Source of the DNA: Sulfurimonadaceae bacterium
Lineage (GTDB): Bacteria; Campylobacterota; Campylobacteria; Campylobacterales; Sulfurimonadaceae
Direction of reading: 5' to 3'
Assembly: GCA_041571435.1 (NCBI GenBank)
Contig: JBFFUI010000013.1
Location: 1-48,774 of the forward strand
Length of the DNA stretch: 48,774 bases
Shown one piece after another: positions 29,361-36,932 of the stretch. A program made the translations under genes and the position numbers. Each line of letters opens with the position of its first letter. Position 1 is the stretch's first letter. A model generated the notes under the pieces. The model was given only the letters and a program-made list of their open reading frames with translations, was not told the DNA's origin and did no database searches.

Positions 29361-29879
29361 TTATTTGTTGAGCTGCATCATGAAATCGTTAAACGTTTCA
29401 GCGCTCTGACCATTTTCAGCCAAGAAGTCCATCAAAGCTTTTTCTGACGCTTCTACACCGTCACTTTTCTCAATCTCTAACAGTTTGGCATAAAGTTCAC
29501 CAATTGTTGCTTTAGCGCTCTCAGAAATCTGCTTACGTGTCGAAACATAGTTTCTAAACGAACCGTCTGGGTTCTTCGCTACTCTTACTTGTGCAAGTAC
29601 CCAGTAATAACCGCCGTCTTTACAGAGGTTTTTTACATAGGCATTCACATCTTTACCTGCTTGTATGTTATCCCAAAGATATTTGAAAATAACTTTCGGC
29701 ATATCAGGGTGACGAAGAATCGAGTGTGGTTGATCGAGAAGCTCACCTTGTGTATATCCAGAGATTTTCATAAAAATCGGATTCGTATAGGTAATATTAC
29801 CTTTCTCATCTGATTTAGATACAATCATATCTACACTTGTTACTTCATGTTCAACATCTGTTGGTGTTGGTCTTTCCAT
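29361..29879 (-). CDS. Stand-alone PAS protein, Aer/CetB-like (putative FAD redox sensor)
   Basis: IVSKSDEKGNITYTN..F..ISGY, HSILRHPDMP, LW, VKNLCKDGGYYWV; no MCP or kinase domain; AAGGAG RBS. Confidence 0.88.
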   Translation of the reverse strand: MERPTPTDVEHEVTSVDMIVSKSDEKGNITYTNPIFMKISGYTQGELLDQPHSILRHPDMPKVIFKYLWDNIQAGKDVNAYVKNLCKDGGYYWVLAQVRVAKNPDGSFRNYVSTRKQISESAKATIGELYAKLLEIEKSDGVEASEKALMDFLAENGQSAETFNDFMMQLNK

Positions 29880-29940
29880 CTTGGAACTCCTTGGTTTTTT
29901 TTGATTTAAAGCATATTAACAGAAAATCAAACTTTAAGTA

Positions 29941-29958
29941 TGTAGGGAATATCCTACA
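29941..29958. promoter_or_regulatory. Palindromic operator box 2 (TGTAGG-N6-CCTACA)
   Basis: TGTAGG-GAATAT-CCTACA; 23 nt from minus-strand TGtTAATAT (hexamer 29918-29913) and 22 nt from plus-strand TATAAT (29980-29985). Confidence 0.8.
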
Positions 29959-30020
29959 CCTATAATAATCTTTTTTAATTATAATGTGGTTATTCAAATC
30001 CTATATATAGAAGAGAACTC

Positions 30021-32078
30021 ATGGAAAAAATCGACGCAGCAGAACTAAAAGGCCTACTTAACGACGTAACCAAAAAAATGGAAAAAGCCAATGACAACAT
30101 TGAGCTCAACACAATCATCGAGAACTTTATTGTCTCAGTGATGCAATCAGAGTTTGCGTCACTGTGGGTTTTCGATGAGGACAGAGCCGTGCTTGTTCGG
30201 GAGCGCGCGGAAGGCAGTGTGCGCGAGATCTCCATGCTTGATCAGCACGGTGTTCTGGCCAAATGTTTCTTTACGCTAAGCGGCGGTATCTATAACTACC
30301 TCGCAAGTGAAAAAGAGTATGTGCCTGCGACAGACAACCCGGATGACATACGAATGAAATCTAAGATCATCCTTCCTCTTCTCGACGGTGATCGACTCAT
30401 GGGTATGCTGACTGCCTACTCTTCTATTAAAAAGATCAAGAACTTTGATGAAGATGATATGGAGCTTCTCGAGGCGATGATACCGTTCCTGATCAATGTC
30501 ATCTACCGTATGCGTCCGGAGATGAAAACAGATACTACGGAAAGAGTAAAGGTCGGAGAACGTCTTCGTGAAGAGTCCAAAAGCGTTGTTGAGAAGGTCG
30601 AAGAGATCACTCAGGTACAAAAGACGACAGAGACATCGGACGAGACACTGCTCTTTCTTTCCAACACGGTACATGATATTCGGACACCTGCCAATACACT
30701 TTACGGTTTTCTTGAGCTGCTTGAAGATCAGTTGGAAAATCCACGTCTTCTTCAGTACATCCACAACGCAAAAGAGAGTGCCCAGTTCATCAATGATCTA
30801 ACCACTTCTATCCTGGACAGAGTCTCAAGTCAGAGAGAGCGTACTAAGGCAAAACCGGTCCAGATCAGTCCGGCAAAGTTCTTTGCCGACATCGCAGAGA
30901 TCTTTTCAGCCAACATGTTTAACAAGAAAATTACCTTTAACATCTATGTAGACCCTTTGATCGCCAAAGAGATCGTGATCGAGGATATCATGCTTAAACG
31001 TGTTGTCATGAACCTTATCGGTAATGCCTACAAGTTTACACCGAATGAAAAAACGATTGATTTCTCGGTGCAATATGATGACGCTGCTAAACGTATGCGT
31101 ATCTCTATTAAAGATACCGGTATCGGTATCGCAAAAGAGAAACAAGAAGAGATCTTCAAAGCATTTTCACAGGCAGGCGATGACACAAGCGTAAATTACG
31201 GCGGAACCGGACTGGGCCTATCGATCAGTGCGCAGTATGTCAAAGACCTCGGCGGTGAGCTTAAACTGACAAGCGAGCTTGACGTAGGAAGCACATTCTA
31301 CTTTGATATCCCTGTAGAGGTCGCCAACAAAGATGTTACCTTCAAACCTGTCCGCAGCAAGAAGACGCGAGTCGGCGTTCTATTGGCGTCAAACAATGTC
31401 TTCAGCGGCATGAACCTAACACGTTACCTAGTGCAGATGGGTCTCGAAAACGAGCAGATAACGCCGATCAACAGCATCGATGAATCTCCGGAGAAGATGA
31501 CCCACCTTATCTGTTTCCAACAGCAACTTAACGATGATGTAATTACCTATGCACAAAACAAGAATATCCAGCTTCTTGTTGTTGAAGAGTCGTTTTTATC
31601 ACTTATCCAGGATGCAGAGAACAAAAACTACGCTATTATCTCTCAATACGGCTATTATGCCAATGTACTGCACACATTTATCTCGAACAAAGCACAGATG
31701 AAAGTACTTGTTGTCGATGACGATAAGATCAACATCCAGCTGCTTAGAGCAATCCTTGAAGAGGGGTTCTGCCAGGTTGAGACAGCAATGGACGGCGAGA
31801 TTGCATTGTCAATGCTCAAAGAAGGGATAAAAGAGGGAGAACCGTTCTCCATGGTCTACCTTGACAACCACATGCCTAAGCTTTCCGGTATGGAGGTGAT
31901 CACAGAGTATCGTGCCTTTGAGAAGAAAATGGATGCCCAGCCTGTTTATTCCGTTTACATCTCCGGTGACCCGGTGGCCGATGCGGATAAGAGCCCTCTG
32001 TTCAACTCTTATGTCGGCAAACCGTTCAATAAAAAGAAGATCAAAGAGACATTGCAAGAGGCTACAGGCAAAAAGTAA
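30021..32078 (+). CDS. Hybrid histidine kinase: GAF + HisKA/HATPase + degenerate receiver-like region + REC
   Basis: GAF (SKIILPL...FDEDDMELL), H-box TVHDIRTP, GGTGLGL, VVDDD...YLDNHMP...GKPF. Confidence 0.9.
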   Translation: MEKIDAAELKGLLNDVTKKMEKANDNIELNTIIENFIVSVMQSEFASLWVFDEDRAVLVRERAEGSVREISMLDQHGVLAKCFFTLSGGIYNYLASEKEYVPATDNPDDIRMKSKIILPLLDGDRLMGMLTAYSSIKKIKNFDEDDMELLEAMIPFLINVIYRMRPEMKTDTTERVKVGERLREESKSVVEKVEEITQVQKTTETSDETLLFLSNTVHDIRTPANTLYGFLELLEDQLENPRLLQYIHNAKESAQFINDLTTSILDRVSSQRERTKAKPVQISPAKFFADIAEIFSANMFNKKITFNIYVDPLIAKEIVIEDIMLKRVVMNLIGNAYKFTPNEKTIDFSVQYDDAAKRMRISIKDTGIGIAKEKQEEIFKAFSQAGDDTSVNYGGTGLGLSISAQYVKDLGGELKLTSELDVGSTFYFDIPVEVANKDVTFKPVRSKKTRVGVLLASNNVFSGMNLTRYLVQMGLENEQITPINSIDESPEKMTHLICFQQQLNDDVITYAQNKNIQLLVVEESFLSLIQDAENKNYAIISQYGYYANVLHTFISNKAQMKVLVVDDDKINIQLLRAILEEGFCQVETAMDGEIALSMLKEGIKEGEPFSMVYLDNHMPKLSGMEVITEYRAFEKKMDAQPVYSVYISGDPVADADKSPLFNSYVGKPFNKKKIKETLQEATGKK

Positions 32079-32168
32079 CATTTACTGCCACACGCTGCCG
32101 TTACGTTACTTCGGCAGTCTCTCATTGTTATACGAAAAGAGGGAGCCTATCAAGCAGAAAAGTGCCCT

Positions 32169-33488
32169 CTATGCACCCCGTAATCTATCAATAAACATTG
32201 GCCACTCCTGTGGTCTGCTGTAATAGTACCCCTGCACTGTTATCGACTCAAACGTTTTTACGATATCATCTTCCAAGGCGGTCTCCACACCTTCGACGAT
32301 CACTTCAAGGTCCAAAGCGCGTGACATATCGATGATGGCCTGAAAGAGCGCCTTGCGCTTTATATCTTTATCCAAATTTCTGACATATGATCTGTCCACT
32401 TTCAAGCTGTTGATGGGGAGTTCTGCCAGATATTTCAGTGAGGTGTAACCGGTACCATAGTCATCGACCTCGATACCGATGCCCATCATCCTGATCTTTT
32501 CAAGCAGCTGTGCCAGGTTCTTGATATTTTGGGTCAGGGTCTCTTCCATGATCTCAAAGTTCAGTTTTTTACCGGCCAGATTGTAGTTATTATGCATAAA
32601 CTGGATCGTTTCAATGAAGTCGCTTGCCATCAGTACTGCGGGCGAGATGTTGACAGAGAGGGAGATGTCCTCGATACCGGCAGCTTCTAGTTCGGAAAAC
32701 TTCTTGGATGCCTCAACAAGGGCCTTGATGGTCAGTGGTCCGATCATACCGCTCTGTTCTGCTATAGGGATAAAAAGCAGAGGTGACACCTCGCCAAATT
32801 GGGGATGACGCCATCTGGCAAGAAGTTCTGCCCCGTTGAAACGCTGCTCGCTATGCGAGTACTGTCCCTGATAGACAAAATAGATCTCACCGTTTTCAAG
32901 CGCGGCCGGTAGGTCCTCCATCAGGCGTTTGCTTTTGAGCAAAAAGGGCTGTTCCAAATTACGGGTAAATGCGATGTGGTTCTTGCCGTCTTTTTGTACT
33001 TTTCGCATGGTATTCTCAGCTGTTTTTAGCAGCCTGTACGCATTGTTTTCGTCAGCAGACGAGAGGCTTATGCCGATAGAGGCGCTGATATAGAACATAT
33101 TGGGATCGACAAAAAAAGGCTCATAAAGTATGGACATAATACGCTTGGCATACTGCTCTGCACTTGCTTCAGACTGCGGTTCCTGTGACACGATCGCAAA
33201 CTGTTCGTTCCCAACTCTGGCCAAAATATCATCTTTGCCCAGATGCGGCTTGATCTTCTCGCTAAGCTGTACGATCAGCTTGTCATCGATATCAAAACCG
33301 AAGGTCTCATTAAAGCGGGCAAGGTCATCGAATTCGATAAAAAGCAGAGAGGTAAGCTGTTTGCTTTCAGAAGTGGCAGCAAGCTTTTTTTCAAGTGATT
33401 TGACCAGATAGGTCCGGTTTGGAAGCAGGGTAAGTGAATCGAACTCTGTCGAATACCAGCCTGTCCTCGGGGTGTGATTTACGACCAT
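32169..33488 (-). CDS. GGDEF(degenerate)-EAL protein, probable c-di-GMP phosphodiesterase
   Basis: DSLTLLPNR, RVGNEQF in place of RxGGDEF; EAL domain AELLARW, VNISP, DDYGTGY, LKVD, EGVE, QGYYY. Confidence 0.88.
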   Translation of the reverse strand: MVVNHTPRTGWYSTEFDSLTLLPNRTYLVKSLEKKLAATSESKQLTSLLFIEFDDLARFNETFGFDIDDKLIVQLSEKIKPHLGKDDILARVGNEQFAIVSQEPQSEASAEQYAKRIMSILYEPFFVDPNMFYISASIGISLSSADENNAYRLLKTAENTMRKVQKDGKNHIAFTRNLEQPFLLKSKRLMEDLPAALENGEIYFVYQGQYSHSEQRFNGAELLARWRHPQFGEVSPLLFIPIAEQSGMIGPLTIKALVEASKKFSELEAAGIEDISLSVNISPAVLMASDFIETIQFMHNNYNLAGKKLNFEIMEETLTQNIKNLAQLLEKIRMMGIGIEVDDYGTGYTSLKYLAELPINSLKVDRSYVRNLDKDIKRKALFQAIIDMSRALDLEVIVEGVETALEDDIVKTFESITVQGYYYSRPQEWPMFIDRLRGA

Positions 33489-33664
33489 CTGTGTTCTTTG
33501 TCGCTGCTTACATCCGTAGTGCTTGTATGATCACTCTGTTGGATCGGTTGGCCAAAGAACACTTTTTCTTCGCTGACAACGATAGTGAAGCTTGTTGCAT
33601 TATTTGCGGTCAAGGCCTGTATCTCAGAGGAGTACAAAAAATAACCAGCATCCGGCTTCATCAA
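33479..33664 (-). CDS. Possible small hypothetical protein (61 aa)
   Basis: Fills the gap between the receiver and EAL genes and overlaps the EAL start by 10 nt; no recognisable motif. Confidence 0.25.
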   Translation of the reverse strand: MMKPDAGYFLYSSEIQALTANNATSFTIVVSEEKVFFGQPIQQSDHTSTTDVSSDKEHRWS

Positions 33665-33684
33665 TTTCTTCTGTCAATTATCTG

Positions 33685-34056
33685 TTAGACGTGCAGAAGT
33701 TGACGCACATTCTGCTTATATGAAGTCGGCAAGATCGGCTTTTTGAAAAAAGCGTCAAAGTAAGCACTGTGCTCTTCATATTCATGCGGATAGATCGTCA
33801 GAGCAGCGATACGTGTGTCACTGTTTTTCTCTTGTGCTGCCTTTGCTACATCTATACCTGATCCGTCCGGAAGGTTGATATCAACAACCATGGCATCGTA
33901 ATTGTTATTGGCAATCTTGTCCAGCGCATCTTTGACACTGTTGACAGAATCGACGTTTATCTTGATTTTTAACTCTTTTGCGAGTGTGCTGATGACTTTC
34001 TCTTCAAACTCAACAATAAAGTCAATATCATCGACAAGTAGGATACTTTTACTCAT
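33685..34056 (-). CDS. Single-domain response regulator (receiver only)
   Basis: LLVDD, VVDINLPDGSG, ALT, KP; AAGGA RBS. Confidence 0.88.
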   Translation of the reverse strand: MSKSILLVDDIDFIVEFEEKVISTLAKELKIKINVDSVNSVKDALDKIANNNYDAMVVDINLPDGSGIDVAKAAQEKNSDTRIAALTIYPHEYEEHSAYFDAFFKKPILPTSYKQNVRQLLHV

Positions 34057-34112
34057 CAGGTAATCCTTTTTACAAAATTTATATCATTATAGCCAGTCAA
34101 AATTTTTATGTA

Positions 34113-34130
34113 TGTAGGGCTTTTCGTACA
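34113..34130. promoter_or_regulatory. Palindromic operator box 3 (one mismatch)
   Basis: TGTAGG-GCTTTT-CGTACA; 22 nt from minus-strand gcTATAAT (34091-34086). Confidence 0.7.
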
Positions 34131-34311
34131 AAATAGATATTTAAGAAAACAATTTCACTATCATCTATCAACTTTTTCATCGCCAATACTATCCAAAACT
34201 GTTCGCTTGGCATACTGTTATGGTCGGAGATGATGCCTACGTATCGTCAAAAAAGAGGCTATTTTAAGCGAATTTAACATCACGCTTGTGCTGTTGTGCA
34301 CAAACTGGTTG

Positions 34312-34337
34312 ACGGCCACGATCACTTGATGGGCCGT
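34312..34337 (-). terminator. Stem-loop downstream of the yeiH-like gene
   Basis: ACGGCC...ATCA-CT-TGAT.GGCCGT interrupted inverted repeat. Confidence 0.35.
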
Positions 34338-34348
34338 AGAGGAGTTTA

Positions 34349-35449
34349 CTAGAAGGTAGCGACCACCATCTGCGTGATTACAAAACCACCGACGACAAGC
34401 CATATGAACATACTGCCTGCTGTATAAATCGGTGCGAGACCGAGACCTTTGAACTTCGCAAACCGTGTACCCATACCAAGGGCTGTCATTGCCATCGTCA
34501 ACAAGAAGGTATCGACGATATTCAGGTTCGTAATCCAGTACTTGATCATCTCTGCCGTTTCTGCCGGAGCGCTCAATGTATAGTTATGGATAAGTGAATT
34601 CACACCTGCCATACCGACAAAGTAAACTGCAAACCAAGGGATCACAAGCTTGAGCTTGCTGCCCTCACCACCAGACTTCTTAGCCATATAGCTTAAGATC
34701 AGACCCAGCACGATCAACATCGGCGCAATCATAATGACACGTGTCATTTTGACGATAACCGCTGTATTTGCCATATCAACTGGTGCTCCCGGTACCGAAG
34801 CAGGTACCGCCACAACTTGGGCTACCTCATGGATTGTTCCACCAACGTAGATTCCAAATGTTTTCGGGTCCATGTGCAGAAAGCCTGTTGCCGGTTCAAT
34901 GACTGCCGAGTAGAGCACCGGGTAGAGGAACATCGAGATCGTTCCGAAGAGGACAACCATAGAGACAGCGATCGCTGTTTTATGCTCTTCTGCTTTGAGT
35001 ACCGGTTCTGTCGCAAGTACAGCCGCTGCACCACAAACAGAGGCACCTGATGCTGTCAGGATAGAGGTGTCACGATCCATCTTGAACATCTTGGTCCCCA
35101 ACCAGATACCCAGCAGCATCGTTGAAGACAATACAAGAAGCGAGACCATAAAGCCCTGCATCCCCACTTCAGCGATCTCCTGGAAAGTAATACGGAAACC
35201 GTAAAAGACGATCGCAAAACGAAGTATCTTCTTACCGGAAAAGATGATCCCGCTCTCCCAAGCCGATGGAAAATGGTTATGCAGTGTATTCGCATAGAAG
35301 ATACCAATAACTATACCGACAACAAGCGGTGATATACCAAGTTTAGCAACCGGTGCCAACTCTGCTATATAAGTCGCTGCTGCCGCCACGAGTGCTACAA
35401 AGACGATACCGTTGATCGTACCGCCGCGTTTTTCTTTGGAAAATGCCAC
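34349..35449 (-). CDS. yeiH: YeiH/UPF0324 family membrane protein (putative sulfate/sulfite exporter)
   Basis: LRFAIVFYGF, GASVCGAAAVLA, GGTIHEVAQV, VKMTRV motifs; GTG start. Confidence 0.88.
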   Translation of the reverse strand: MAFSKEKRGGTINGIVFVALVAAAATYIAELAPVAKLGISPLVVGIVIGIFYANTLHNHFPSAWESGIIFSGKKILRFAIVFYGFRITFQEIAEVGMQGFMVSLLVLSSTMLLGIWLGTKMFKMDRDTSILTASGASVCGAAAVLATEPVLKAEEHKTAIAVSMVVLFGTISMFLYPVLYSAVIEPATGFLHMDPKTFGIYVGGTIHEVAQVVAVPASVPGAPVDMANTAVIVKMTRVIMIAPMLIVLGLILSYMAKKSGGEGSKLKLVIPWFAVYFVGMAGVNSLIHNYTLSAPAETAEMIKYWITNLNIVDTFLLTMAMTALGMGTRFAKFKGLGLAPIYTAGSMFIWLVVGGFVITQMVVATF

Positions 35450-35554
35450 ATCTGCCCTTTGTCAATAGCGTTCAAATAAATCGAACTATTTTAATAACGC
35501 CATTATAAGATATTTCCATTTGATCTATGAAATCAAATATTTATTTTGAAATGT

Positions 35555-36715
35555 TCAACTTTCCTGATCATCTTCCTCTTTAATCGTGACTGCCTCATCA
35601 AGCGAACCGTCATTCAGCATCTTTTGATACTCGGCGCTCGTGGTAAACATCAGACGCAGGTTTGCAGGGTTGGAAGCAAACATGTAAGCACTCTCTTCGC
35701 TGATCTTGCCTTGAAGTGTCAAGTGAAAGAGCGAGATGTCAAACGGCATGGACCCGAAACTGTTCTGGTCATGATGCATTGCATCCAGCAGCTCACTGTC
35801 TCGCGATGTCGAAATAAGATAAGAGGTTCTCGGGCTCTTGAACATCAATTCAACGGCCGGTATCATCTCGTCCTCAAGGTCCCGCAGCATACGCTGTGAG
35901 ATCACCACTTCGAGGTTGGAAGCAAGGTCCATACGGACACGTTCCTGCTCCTCTTTCGGGAAGATCGCCAGCAGCCGGTCGATCGTCTCCCGCGCATCAA
36001 GTGTATGCAGCGTCGTAAAGACCAGGTGGCCAGTATTAACCGCTTGTAGGACATTTCTGGCCGTCTCTAGGTCACGCAGCTCACCGACTATGATAATGTC
36101 CGGGTCTTCACGCATAGACGAACGCAAGGCCGAACCGAAGTCGGTAGCATGCTGCCCGATCCCCCGCTGTTCTATAACACATTTGTTATCGTCGTAGACA
36201 TACTCTATGGGATCTTCAATCGTAATAATATGGCGATGACTGTTGCGGTTGATATCTTCGACAATCGAGGCAAGCGTTGTCGACTTGCCGCTTCCTGTTG
36301 TACCGGTGACCAGAACAAGACCCCGCTGCAGTTTTGAGATCTTGGAGAGTGCTGTAGGAAGGTTGAGCTGCTCAAATGATCGTATCTGATGCGGGATCGC
36401 CCTGAAGATGATGGAGAGCCCCTTTAACTGGTGATAGATGTTAACACGAAAACGGTGTTTTTCATCCAGCAGGTAGATCGTATCATAAGCGAGCTGGCGG
36501 GTAAACTCATCCATGTGTTTGTTTACAAGAAACTTGACCATACTCTCAACATGCTTTCCCTCGAGAGGATCTATTGAGAGTGGCATCATCGTCCCTTTGA
36601 TACGGGCTCGGATGACACTGTTGCTCTTTACATGAAGGTCCGTCCCCTCTTTCTCTACCAGTTTCTGTAAAAACGTGTTTAAAATCTCTCTTGAGTTGTC
36701 GCCTTCGATCTGCAT
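35555..36715 (-). CDS. PilT/PilU-family type IV pilus retraction ATPase
   Basis: GTTGSGKSTT, TIEDPIE, REDPDIIIVGE, TGHLVFTTLH, ISQRM. Confidence 0.9.
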   Translation of the reverse strand: MQIEGDNSREILNTFLQKLVEKEGTDLHVKSNSVIRARIKGTMMPLSIDPLEGKHVESMVKFLVNKHMDEFTRQLAYDTIYLLDEKHRFRVNIYHQLKGLSIIFRAIPHQIRSFEQLNLPTALSKISKLQRGLVLVTGTTGSGKSTTLASIVEDINRNSHRHIITIEDPIEYVYDDNKCVIEQRGIGQHATDFGSALRSSMREDPDIIIVGELRDLETARNVLQAVNTGHLVFTTLHTLDARETIDRLLAIFPKEEQERVRMDLASNLEVVISQRMLRDLEDEMIPAVELMFKSPRTSYLISTSRDSELLDAMHHDQNSFGSMPFDISLFHLTLQGKISEESAYMFASNPANLRLMFTTSAEYQKMLNDGSLDEAVTIKEEDDQES

Positions 36716-36888
36716 CCAATATCCTTTTGGTATTACTACAGCATAATGCGTACCTGATATATTATGCTTTCTAACTCATTATAACAAAAATGTGATGGAT
36801 AAAATTGTAAACGGGAATATACGCAGATGACGATGTTGCGTCTTGCAGACTGTACATGCGGTAGAAAGTTTAAATTTGGGAGGGGTTA

Positions 36889-36907
36889 ACCGGAGGTAAA
36901 CTCCGGT
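36889..36907 (-). terminator. Hairpin downstream of rnj
   Basis: ACCGGAG-GTAAA-CTCCGGT perfect 7-bp stem. Confidence 0.5.
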
Positions 36908-36932
36908 CCATTGTGGTCGAATCGGCTCTCTG

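Noticed and set aside
34131-34348. Possible Csr/Rsm-type sRNA beside box 3, as expected for a GacA-like system
   Set aside because: No clustered GGA hairpin repeats here or in other island spacers
12839-34348. Signalling island as a mobile genomic island
   Set aside because: No integrase, transposase, tRNA or flanking direct repeats were seen; composition was not computed
35520-35536. FNR box
   Set aside because: The TTGAT and ATCAA half-sites are separated by 7 nt, not 4
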